NCBI GenBank assembly: GCA_022801715.1
Contig: JAAWSV010000009.1
Coordinates: 292 to 64,291, forward strand
DNA from: Oscillospiraceae bacterium
Lineage (GTDB): Bacteria > Bacillota > Clostridia > Oscillospirales > Oscillospiraceae
Direction of reading: 5' to 3'
Length of the DNA stretch: 64,000 bases
Numbering within the stretch: the stretch's first letter is position 1; every line of letters begins with the position of its first letter. Made by a program: the position numbers and the translations under genes. The notes beneath the pieces are model-generated. The model was not told the DNA's origin. It saw only the letters and a list, made by a program, of their open reading frames with translations, and searched no databases. Positions 1 to 7,424 of the stretch are shown in pieces.

Positions 1-99
1 TTTCTGTCATTCCACCATTGCAATGTATAAAAAATGTGATATACTGTAACATACTAAATTTTGTATGCGAAAAGGGGCCCCGCCCCTTGGAGGTGCTCT

Positions 100-867
100 G
101 TGGGTAAGGTCGTTGCAATTGTCAATCAAAAGGGCGGCGTGGGAAAAACCACCACCTGCGTGGATCTCACCGCCACACTGCGGGAGCTGGGGAAAAATGT
201 CCTCCTCTGCGACTTTGACCCGCAGGCCAACGCCACCTCCGGCATGGGCGTGGACAAGACCCTCTCCGCCGGCGTCTACGATGCTCTGATCAACGACGTG
301 CCCACGGAGAAGCTCATCGTCTCCACCCGCTACGGCGACGTGCTGCCCTCCAGCAAGGGCTTGGCCGGCGCCGGCGTGGAGATGATCGGGCTGGAAAACC
401 GGGAGTTCCTGCTCAAGGGCGTCTTGGACCAGGTCCGGGAGCGGTACGACTTCATCTTCATCGACTGCCCTCCCTCTCTGGAGCTGCTGACCCTCAACGG
501 CCTCTGCGCGGCGGACACCCTGCTGGTGCCGGTGCAGGGGGAATATTTCGCCTTGGAGGGGCTCAGCGACCTGATGACCACCGTGCGTCTGGTGAAGCGG
601 AACCTCAACAGTTCCCTGGAGCTGGAGGGGGTGCTGCTGACCATGTACGACAGCCGGACCAACCTCTCCCTCCAGGTGGCGGAGGAGGTCAAGCGGTACT
701 TCCCCGGCAAGGTCTACACCGCCGTGGTCCCCCGGAACGTGCGCCTCAGCGAGGCCCCCAGCCACGGCAAGCCCATCTGCGCCTACGACCGGACCTCCCG
801 GGGCGCCGAGGCCTACCGCCAGCTGGCGGAGGAGTTCCTGCGGAAAAACGGGGCCTCCGCCTCCTGA
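100..867 (+). CDS. soj: ParA/Soj-type chromosome partitioning ATPase
   Basis: Track ORF 61..867. Deviant Walker A VNQKGGVGKTTT, plus DFDPQANAT and IDCPPSL motifs. GGAGG at 88-92 followed by in-frame GTG at 100 favours 100 over ATG 61. parB follows directly. Confidence 0.92.
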   Translation: MGKVVAIVNQKGGVGKTTTCVDLTATLRELGKNVLLCDFDPQANATSGMGVDKTLSAGVYDALINDVPTEKLIVSTRYGDVLPSSKGLAGAGVEMIGLENREFLLKGVLDQVRERYDFIFIDCPPSLELLTLNGLCAADTLLVPVQGEYFALEGLSDLMTTVRLVKRNLNSSLELEGVLLTMYDSRTNLSLQVAEEVKRYFPGKVYTAVVPRNVRLSEAPSHGKPICAYDRTSRGAEAYRQLAEEFLRKNGASAS

Positions 868-931
868 GGCCCACCAACCATCTACATCTATACCGCGGTC
901 CCATACGACGGAACGGGAAAGGAGCGTTTCT

Positions 932-1807
932 ATGGCAAAGCCAACCGGTTTAGGCAAGGGCTTAGGTGCCCTGCTGGGGGAGGACTTCTCCTCCGACAGC
1001 GCGAACACCTCCACCCTGCCCCTGTCCCAGATTGAAAGCCACGCCAGCCAGCCCCGGAAGCACTTTGACGAGGCCGCCCTCAGCGAGCTGGCGGAGTCCA
1101 TCCGCTCCCACGGGGTGATCCAGCCCTTGACGGTGCGGCGCCTCAGCTCCGGCTACTACCAGATTATCGCCGGGGAGCGCCGCTGGCGGGCCGCCAAGCT
1201 GGCGGGCCTCAGCGAGATCCCCGTGGTGATTATCGAGGCCGACGACCGCAAGGCCATGGAGCTGGCCATGATCGAGAACCTACAGCGGGAGGATCTGAAC
1301 CCCATCGAGGAGGCGGAGGGCTACCGGGTCCTCATGGAGCAGTACGGCATGACCCAGGAGCAGGCCGCCCAGCGGGTGGGCAAATCCCGCAGCGCCGTGG
1401 CCAACGTGCTCCGTCTGCTGAACCTCTCCCCCGCTCTTCGGCAGCACCTGGAATCAGGCAGGCTCTCCGCCGGCCACGCCCGCGCCCTGCTCCCCCTATC
1501 CCCGGAGATCCAGGAGGCCGCGGCGGCAGAAATCCTCCGCTCGGACCTCTCCGTCCGCCAGACGGAGCAGCTGGTCAAGCGCCTCCAGCAGGAGAAGCAG
1601 GAGAAGCCCGCCAAAAAACACCCCACCGTGGACTACGTCGCCGAGGCCGAGCGCTCCCTCTCCGACACACTGGGCCGCGCCTGCCACATCGCCCACGGCC
1701 GCAAAAAGGGCCGCGTGGAGATCGAGTACTACGGCACCGACGACCTGAACGACCTGTTGGACGCCTTAGCCCTCTTAAAGCTGAAGCGCCGCGACACAGA
1801 AAAATAA
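932..1807 (+). CDS. parB: ParB/Spo0J chromosome partitioning protein
   Basis: 291 aa. ParB-box motifs GVIQPLTVRR and IIAGERRWRAAKLAGL. Directly downstream of soj. Confidence 0.93.
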   Translation: MAKPTGLGKGLGALLGEDFSSDSANTSTLPLSQIESHASQPRKHFDEAALSELAESIRSHGVIQPLTVRRLSSGYYQIIAGERRWRAAKLAGLSEIPVVIIEADDRKAMELAMIENLQREDLNPIEEAEGYRVLMEQYGMTQEQAAQRVGKSRSAVANVLRLLNLSPALRQHLESGRLSAGHARALLPLSPEIQEAAAAEILRSDLSVRQTEQLVKRLQQEKQEKPAKKHPTVDYVAEAERSLSDTLGRACHIAHGRKKGRVEIEYYGTDDLNDLLDALALLKLKRRDTEK

Positions 1808-1887
1808 AAGCTGTGTTTCACGTGAAACAGAAAATTCCTAACTTCTAACTCAAAATAATTCCTAATTCACAAAAGAGGTAAACCGCC

Positions 1888-3189
1888 ATGTTAGACATCA
1901 AATTTGTCCGCGACAACCCGGAAGCCGTCCGGGAGAACATCAAAAAGAAGTTCCAGGAGTCCAAGCTCCCCCTGGTGGACCAGGTTCTGGCCTTGGACGG
2001 CGAGAACCGCGCCGTGATGGCGGAGGCCAACGACCTGCGGGCCAAGCGAAACGCCCTCTCCAAGCAGGTGGGGATGCTGATGGGCCAGGCCAAGCGTGAC
2101 CCCTCCAAGCTGGAGGAGGCGGAGGCCGCCAAGGCCGCCGTGAAAGCCAACGCCGACCGCCTCGCCCAGCTGGAGCAGCGGGAGGAGGAGTTGGAGGAGG
2201 AGATCCGCACCATCATGATGACCCTCCCCAATATCATTGACCCCTCGGTGCCCATCGGCCCTGACGACAGCCACAACGTGGAGGCGGAGCGTTTCGGCGA
2301 GCCGAAAACCCCGGACTTCCCCATCCCCTACCACACGGAGATCATGGAGCGGTTCAACGGCATTGACATGGACAGCGCCGGCCGGGTCTCCGGCAACGGC
2401 TTTTACTACCTGATGGGCGACATCGCCCGGCTCCACAGCGCCGTCACCGCCTACGCCCGGGACTTCATGATCGGCAAGGGCTTTACCTACTGCATCCCCC
2501 CCTTCATGATCCGCTCCAACGTGGTTACCGGCGTCATGTCCTTCGCGGAGATGGACGCCATGATGTACAAGATCGAGGGGGAGGACCTGTACCTGATCGG
2601 TACCAGCGAGCACTCCATGATCGGCAAATTCATCGACCAGATCATCCCCGAGGAGGCGCTACCCCAGACCCTGACCTCCTACTCCCCCTGTTTCCGCAAG
2701 GAGAAGGGGGCCCACGGCATTGAGGAGCGGGGTGTCTACCGGATTCACCAGTTTGAGAAGCAGGAGATGATTGTGGTCTGCCGCCCGGAGGACTCCATGT
2801 CCTGGTACGAGAAGATGTGGCGCTACAGCGTGGAGCTGTTCCGCTCCCTGGATATCCCCGTGCGCCAGCTGGAGTGCTGCTCCGGCGACCTGGCGGACCT
2901 GAAGGTAAAGTCCTGCGATATCGAGGCCTGGTCCCCCCGGCAGCAGAAGTACTTCGAGGTCTGCTCCTGCTCCAACCTGGGAGACGCCCAGGCCCGCCGC
3001 CTGAAGATGCGCGTCAAGGGCGAGAAGGGCACCTACCTGCCCCACACCTTGAACAACACCGTGGTGGCACCCCCCCGGATGCTCATCGCCTTCCTGGAGA
3101 ACAACCTCCAAGCCGACGGCAGCGTCCTGATCCCGGAGGCCCTGCGCCCCTACATGGGCGGCATGGAAAAATTGACGCCCAAGGCGTAA
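1888..3189 (+). CDS. serS: Seryl-tRNA synthetase
   Basis: 433 aa. N-terminal coiled-coil arm (LRAKRNALSKQVG...EEELEEEIR) and class II core motifs FRKEKGAHG, RIHQFEKQE, NNTVVAPPRMLIAFLEN. AGAGG RBS before the ATG. Confidence 0.95.
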   Translation: MLDIKFVRDNPEAVRENIKKKFQESKLPLVDQVLALDGENRAVMAEANDLRAKRNALSKQVGMLMGQAKRDPSKLEEAEAAKAAVKANADRLAQLEQREEELEEEIRTIMMTLPNIIDPSVPIGPDDSHNVEAERFGEPKTPDFPIPYHTEIMERFNGIDMDSAGRVSGNGFYYLMGDIARLHSAVTAYARDFMIGKGFTYCIPPFMIRSNVVTGVMSFAEMDAMMYKIEGEDLYLIGTSEHSMIGKFIDQIIPEEALPQTLTSYSPCFRKEKGAHGIEERGVYRIHQFEKQEMIVVCRPEDSMSWYEKMWRYSVELFRSLDIPVRQLECCSGDLADLKVKSCDIEAWSPRQQKYFEVCSCSNLGDAQARRLKMRVKGEKGTYLPHTLNNTVVAPPRMLIAFLENNLQADGSVLIPEALRPYMGGMEKLTPKA

Positions 3190-3415
3190 AGGCGTAAAAA
3201 GGGGTCCTCCCCCTGGCTAAAATTTCCGCAAACGCGGTACAATGAACTACCGGGAGAGCACTCCGCCGAAGGCAGCGGACCTGCGGCCGTCCAACCCCAT
3301 GGACGGTACCCACCCACCTCCCCCCCCTCCCCGCAGGGCCCGCCGCCTTCGGGGGAGCGCCCTCCCGGCAGATCACAGGGGCCGCCGGCCCCGTCAAGAA
3401 ATCGGAGCACAGAAG

Positions 3416-3802
3416 ATGAAAAAATTTGTAGCGGAATTCAGGACCTTCGCCATGCGCGGAAACGTGATGGACCTGGCGGTGGGCGTCATCATCGGCGGCG
3501 CTTTCAGCGCCATCACCACCTCCCTGATCAACGACATCATCATGCCCATCTTGGGTATCTTCACCGACAGCATCTCCTTTGCCGATTTAGCGGTGGAGAT
3601 CGGCCCCGCCGTCATCACCTACGGAAACTTCATCCAGGCGGTGCTGAACTTCCTCATCATGGCCCTTGTGGTGTTCTGCCTCGTAAAGGCCATGAACCGC
3701 CTGTCCCACAAGAAGGAGCAGACCCCGCCTCCGGCTCCCCCGGCCCCCTCCAACGAGGAGAAGCTGCTGGCGGAGATCCGTGACCTGCTGAAAAACCGGT
3801 GA
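3416..3802 (+). CDS. mscL: Large-conductance mechanosensitive channel MscL
   Basis: In-frame ATG at 3416 inside track ORF 3242..3802. MKKFVAEFRTFAMRGNVMDLAVGVIIGGAF is the canonical MscL N-terminus. The upstream Pro/Arg-rich part of the ORF is read-through of a GC-rich spacer. Confidence 0.9.
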   Translation: MKKFVAEFRTFAMRGNVMDLAVGVIIGGAFSAITTSLINDIIMPILGIFTDSISFADLAVEIGPAVITYGNFIQAVLNFLIMALVVFCLVKAMNRLSHKKEQTPPPAPPAPSNEEKLLAEIRDLLKNR

Positions 3803-4497
3803 TGCGGGAGATACTGCGCCAGGGCCTCCCCGCCATAGGGGTCTCGGAGGCCTGTGTAGAGCCTTTGCTGTCCTTCGCGGATCTGCTCCTGAAAAAGAAC
3901 GAGGTGATGAACCTCACGGCCATCACGGACCCGAAGGACGTGGCCGCCCTGCACCTGCTGGACAGCCTCACCCTTCTCAGCGCGGCGGACTTCGCCAATA
4001 AGCGCCTGATCGACGTGGGCACCGGCGCCGGCTTCCCCGGCCTCCCTATTGCCATCGCCTGTCCGGACTGTCAGGTGACGCTCCTGGACAGCTTAGGCAA
4101 GCGCGTGGACTTCCTCAAGGAGGTCTGCGACGCCCTGTCCCTCTCCAACGTGACCTGCGTCCACGCCCGGGCGGAGGAGTACGTGCCGTCCTGCCGTGAG
4201 CAATACGACATTGCCGCCAGCCGCGCCGTAGCGGAGCTGCGCACCCTCAGCGAGCTGTGCCTCCCCTACGTCAAGCCCGGCGGTCTCTTCCTCGCCATGA
4301 AAAGCGTAGGCACCGAGGAGGAGCTCACCGCCGCCCAGCCCGCCATTCGCCTCTTAGGCGCCCAAACGGAGCGGATCTGGGACTACCCCCTCCCCTCTAC
4401 AGAGATCACCCACCGCCTCATCGTCCTGCGCAAGCGCACTTCCACCCCCAAAAAATACCCGCGCCGCTTCGCCGTCATCAAAAAGCAGCCGCTGTGA
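3802..4497 (+). CDS. rsmG: 16S rRNA (guanine527-N7)-methyltransferase RsmG/GidB
   Basis: Track ORF 3799..4497. SAM-binding DVGTGAGFPGLPIAI. ATG 3802 overlaps the mscL stop (TGATG). Confidence 0.92.
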   Translation: MREILRQGLPAIGVSEACVEPLLSFADLLLKKNEVMNLTAITDPKDVAALHLLDSLTLLSAADFANKRLIDVGTGAGFPGLPIAIACPDCQVTLLDSLGKRVDFLKEVCDALSLSNVTCVHARAEEYVPSCREQYDIAASRAVAELRTLSELCLPYVKPGGLFLAMKSVGTEEELTAAQPAIRLLGAQTERIWDYPLPSTEITHRLIVLRKRTSTPKKYPRRFAVIKKQPL

Positions 4498-4499
4498 CG

Positions 4500-4829
4500 A
4501 ATTAGGAATTTGGAGTTAGGAGCGAAGGAGTGGATTGGCTGGTAAAGGTGAACTATATCGGGGAAACATCCCCATTAGAGCTTACAAATTCAAAAATTTA
4601 CCCAGTCCTATCCATCGAAAAAGGCTGGTATAGAGTTGCTGATGATACAGGAGAGGACTATTGATACCCGTCAAATATCTTTGAGGTCGTGGATGAATCA
4701 CATGGATGAAAAGACGATTAAGGCGAATGTGTCCAGCAAGCTGGACGATTCCCTCGTCCCGGCAGAGGCACAGCCCTTCCTCTCTCCTGAAAACAGAGAG
4801 TCCCCTCCCCCGCTCCAAAATTCCTAATT
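4500..4829. mobile_element. Low-GC insert bounded by imperfect inverted repeats (MITE-like)
   Basis: The left end GAATTAGGAATTTGGAG (4499-4515) is matched by the reverse complement of the right end CTCCAAAATTCCTAATTC (4813-4830). The interior is visibly lower in GC than its flanks. It sits exactly between the rsmG stop and the next gene's RBS. Confidence 0.35.
4530..4709 (+). pseudogene. Decayed small ORF with in-frame TGA (...IYPVLSIEKGWYRVADDTGEDY*YPSNIFEVVDESHG*)
   Basis: My own translation of frame 4530+3n gives protein-like sequence. It is interrupted by TGA at 4662-4664 and then continues in frame to TGA at 4707-4709. There is no convincing start or RBS. Confidence 0.3.
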
Positions 4830-4864
4830 CCCAATTTCCAATTCACCCGAAAGGGGGTCCCCTA

Positions 4865-5605
4865 ATGGGCCAGAATATCGCCGTTGTCTCCGGCAAGGGG
4901 GGCACCGGCAAGACCTCCCTCGTGGCCCATGTGGGCCTGAACCTGGCAGCTCTGGGCAACCGTGTCCTCTGCCTGGACTGCGACGTGGGACTCCGAAATT
5001 TAGATATCGCCTTAGGCATGAGCGACTGCGGCTCCACCGACTTCACCGACGTCCTGGCGGGCCGCTGTACCTTGGAGGAGGGGGTGATCCCCCACCCCAT
5101 TCAGAAAAATTTGTTCCTGCTCACCGCCCCCCTCACCATACAGACGCCGGTGGACGTGGGGGCCTTCGGTGAGCTGATGGCCGCGGTGGAGGAGCAGTAT
5201 GACTACTGCTTGGTGGACGCGCCGGCGGGCCTGGGGGACGGGTTTCGCCTGTCCATCACCGGCTCCAGCCGGGCCATTGTTGTCACCACCACAGACCCCA
5301 CCAGCCTCCGGGATGCCCAGAGGACGGTGATGGAGCTGTCCCACCTGGGGGACGGAAAGGTACATTTAGTGGTAAACCGGTGCAAGAGGAAGCTCCTGCG
5401 GAGCCTGCACCAGACCATTGATGACGCCATAGACGCCGCCGGCCTGCCCCTGCTGGGGGTAATCCCGGAGGACGAGGACCTGCCGCTGGCCCTGGGCCGG
5501 GGCGTGCCTCTGACCTTTGTCTATAACCGGTGCGCCGGCGCGGCCTATGCCCATATTGCCCGCCGCCTCACCGGGGAGAAGGTGTCCCTCCTGCGCATCC
5601 GGTAG
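4865..5605 (+). CDS. MinD/ParA-family P-loop ATPase
   Basis: In-frame ATG 4865 within ORF 4706..5605. MGQNIAVVSGKGGTGKTS Walker A and CDVGLRNLDIALG match MinD-like proteins. The upstream part of the ORF crosses the IR-bounded insert. Confidence 0.8.
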   Translation: MGQNIAVVSGKGGTGKTSLVAHVGLNLAALGNRVLCLDCDVGLRNLDIALGMSDCGSTDFTDVLAGRCTLEEGVIPHPIQKNLFLLTAPLTIQTPVDVGAFGELMAAVEEQYDYCLVDAPAGLGDGFRLSITGSSRAIVVTTTDPTSLRDAQRTVMELSHLGDGKVHLVVNRCKRKLLRSLHQTIDDAIDAAGLPLLGVIPEDEDLPLALGRGVPLTFVYNRCAGAAYAHIARRLTGEKVSLLRIR

Positions 5606-5727
5606 CGCGGAGGCGCCCTGTACACAGAATCAAAAGGAAAATAATAGGCACCACGCCTTTCAGCGCCCTGTGACGGAGTTCACAGCCCCGCATATGGCCT
5701 GTATATAAGCAGAAAGGAGAAGCAGTT

Positions 5728-6162
5728 ATGTATATCGCCCTGATGGCCCACGACAATAAAAAGGATCTGATGGTCCAGTTCTGCTCCGCCTACGCCGGCA
5801 TTCTCAGTCGGCACAACCTGTGTGCCACCAACGCCACAGGCAAGCTGGTGGCTGCGGAGACCGGCCTGCACGTCCACCTGTTCATGTCCTGCCAGCACGG
5901 CGGCAGCCAGCAGATCGGCGCCCGCATTGCCTACAACGAGATGGACTTGGTGCTGTTTTTCGTAGACCCCAACGACTCCTCCATGGAGAAGGAGCTGCTC
6001 TATATTTCCCGTCTATGCGACCAGAACAACATCCCCTTCGCCAGCAACGTGGCCACAGCGGAGATGCTGGTATTCGGCTTAGACCGGGGCGACTTGGACT
6101 GGCGAAACATCGTCAACCCCAAGAACAAGCTGCGCAGCCAGAGCGGAAAGCCCGTATTCTAA
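5728..6162 (+). CDS. Methylglyoxal synthase-like (MGS-like) domain protein
   Basis: 144 aa. IALMAHDNKKDLM...ATNATG...GGSQQIG...DLVLFFVDP...NIPFASNVATAEML is colinear with MgsA. GGAGAAG RBS. Confidence 0.8.
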   Translation: MYIALMAHDNKKDLMVQFCSAYAGILSRHNLCATNATGKLVAAETGLHVHLFMSCQHGGSQQIGARIAYNEMDLVLFFVDPNDSSMEKELLYISRLCDQNNIPFASNVATAEMLVFGLDRGDLDWRNIVNPKNKLRSQSGKPVF

Positions 6163-6183
6163 AAGCCCGCCCTTACGCACCCG

Positions 6184-6205
6184 CTTGAAATCCAAAGATT
6201 TCAAG
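6184..6205 (+). repeat. TGAAATC-N4-GATTTCA hairpin (family member 1)
   Basis: CTTGAAATC caaa GATTTCAAG, a perfect 9-bp stem 22 nt after the MGS-like stop. No U-tract follows. Confidence 0.6.
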
Positions 6206-6728
6206 CAAAAAAGCCACGCCCCACAGCCGACCAAACGCAGGGGCGCCCACCTCCGCAGGGGCCAATGTCCCCATCGGCCCGCCCTCCCCCGGTGCGGTGA
6301 TTGTCGACAGAACAAACACACGCCTTACCAAACCGCCTTGGCCACCGAGCCCCGGCGCGCCGAGGTCGTCGCGCCCTACGGGGTTGGGTCATCGGAGATA
6401 GCTCACGAAAACAGATGTAGGGGCGCACATCGTGCGCCCGCCCTTCCCCAATGCGGCGGGTTTCGATAGAGGCAGGCGCACAATACCCGCAAGGGGCGCG
6501 CCGCATCCGTAAGGCGGCAAAGCCGCCAACGGCTGCGCTGTGTGCGCCCCTACACACGGTATTCCAAAACATTCCAGTTGACGGGGGACGGCGCGCCCTA
6601 CGGGTGATGTATTGGGGCGCGGAGGGAACGGGCCGGTGAGGACACCGACCCCTACGGAGGGGTTTGATGGACCATCCCAGTCGGGAGAGCCGGCGACCAC
6701 AGGCCGCCCCTACAACCGCTACTGGCAA
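6206..6728 (+). repeat. REP/BIME-like mosaic cluster R1
   Basis: Contains GGCGCGCCGAGGTCGTCGCGCC-CTACGG (6354-6381), inverted GTAG-GGGCGCACATCGTGCGCCC (6417-6439) and GGCCGGTGAGGACACCGACC-CCTACGG (6631-6657), plus degenerate units. The same modules recur at six other intergenic sites. Confidence 0.85.
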
Positions 6729-7198
6729 GCACGGCAGCCTTTGCGGCACCGCGCCAGCGAAACAACCATCAAGCTCCGGAGGCAAGTCGAAGCGAGGCAG
6801 GCAGAGCGGCAGCGGACGCCTACAGCATAGCTAAAGACGGGGGAACGCTCTCAAGATACCTTCTGCTTTGCAAGAGCCACCGCCGCCGCGTCCGAAGCGC
6901 CAAGCTGAAAATCAAGCACCGGTCTACCGAAGCAGCGCCGTAGCCTATGGTTCTTAGGGGGCAGCGAATAAGGGAGTTTGCCCGAGGGCAAACTCCCGCC
7001 TGAGCGGACACCTAAGCGCGCTTTTGCCTGCTTTTCTCGCGCGGGAGAAGGGAAAGGATGTGTGAAGGAAAACCGTATGGTTTTCCTTCACGTTCAATCA
7101 ACCCGCCGCAGCGACAGATTTTGGCAAAGTGCCAAAATCTGCTGGGTCTGGGGACCCTGTCCCCAGACCCAGTCGCCCGGGAGCGAAACCCCAGTCCC
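6729..7198 (+). repeat. Dispersed ~356-nt element, copy 1 (expanded to ~470 nt)
   Basis: Shares a 5' core (GCACGGC...CAAGCTCCGG.GGCAAGTCG..GCGAGG...AGAGCGGCAGCGG) and a 3' core (GGTTCTTAGGGGGCAGCGAATAAGG...CGCCTGAGCGGACACCTAAGC...GTCGCCCGGGAGCGAAACCCC) with copies at 11964, 34190 and 36973. Carries extra hairpins at 7061-7171. Confidence 0.85.
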
Positions 7199-7424
7199 GC
7201 GCCGAACGCGGCGCGAAAAAAGGGCATCGAAAGTGCCCCCGCACTTTCACCCCCCTCCCCCTCACAACACAAAAAAAGCAGTGTGCCCTGCCGGGCACCC
7301 CCACTCCACGTTGCACATTCCGATGCAATCCACCCCTCCAAAATCGCGGTTTTTTCTCATTTTTGAAGGGTTTTTCCCTATTTTTACCCCTATACAGTCA
7401 GGCAAAACAAAGGAGAATATAACT

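Noticed and set aside
1811-1830. Hairpin CTGTGTTTCACGTGAAACAG after parB as an intrinsic terminator.
   Set aside because: The palindrome has essentially no loop (GTTTCAC/GTGAAAC) and no T-tract. It may be a protein-binding palindrome or nothing, so it is not called.
3190-3415. GC-rich 225-nt spacer between serS and mscL with small hairpins (for example CCGTCCA-acccc-TGGACGG) and a possible TACAAT -10 near 3237.
   Set aside because: It does not match the REP families, the ~356-nt element or any riboswitch motif I can recognise. There are too few constraints to call a feature.
6201-6785. ORFs lying inside the repeat clusters, for example 6201..6785(-), 6389..6700(-), 9330..9644(-), 11603..11935(-), 36574..36897(-), 33929..34456(+), 36686..37198(+) and 12211..12510(+).
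   Set aside because: They translate the REP hairpins and the ~356-nt element (recurrent CRGAHCAPL, GRCPHRP, PRGAKARLSGHLSS peptides). Copies differ by indels that are not multiples of three and no frame is conserved between copies. No RBS or start context is present.
6206-7230. Whether the repeat clusters form a CRISPR array.
   Set aside because: There is no regularly spaced identical direct repeat with unique spacers. The units are palindromic, of several families, in mixed orientation and variable spacing. No cas genes are in the window.
6978-7424. N-terminal extensions of real genes in the ORF track: hisS from 6978, glyQS to 18666, mscL from 3242, the MinD-like gene from 4706, the SLH protein to 59958, dnaA from 23191 and gyrB from 28370.
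   Set aside because: The extensions run through repeats, promoters or the neighbouring gene in another frame. Internal starts with good Shine-Dalgarno sequences reproduce canonical N-termini of the families.
7230-7424. T-box leaders upstream of hisS, aspS (9680-9755) and serS (1808-1887), as in many Firmicutes.
   Set aside because: I looked for the GGTGGNACCGCG T-box sequence and a terminator/antiterminator pair. Only the glyQS leader (18665-18889) has them. The serS upstream region is only 80 nt.
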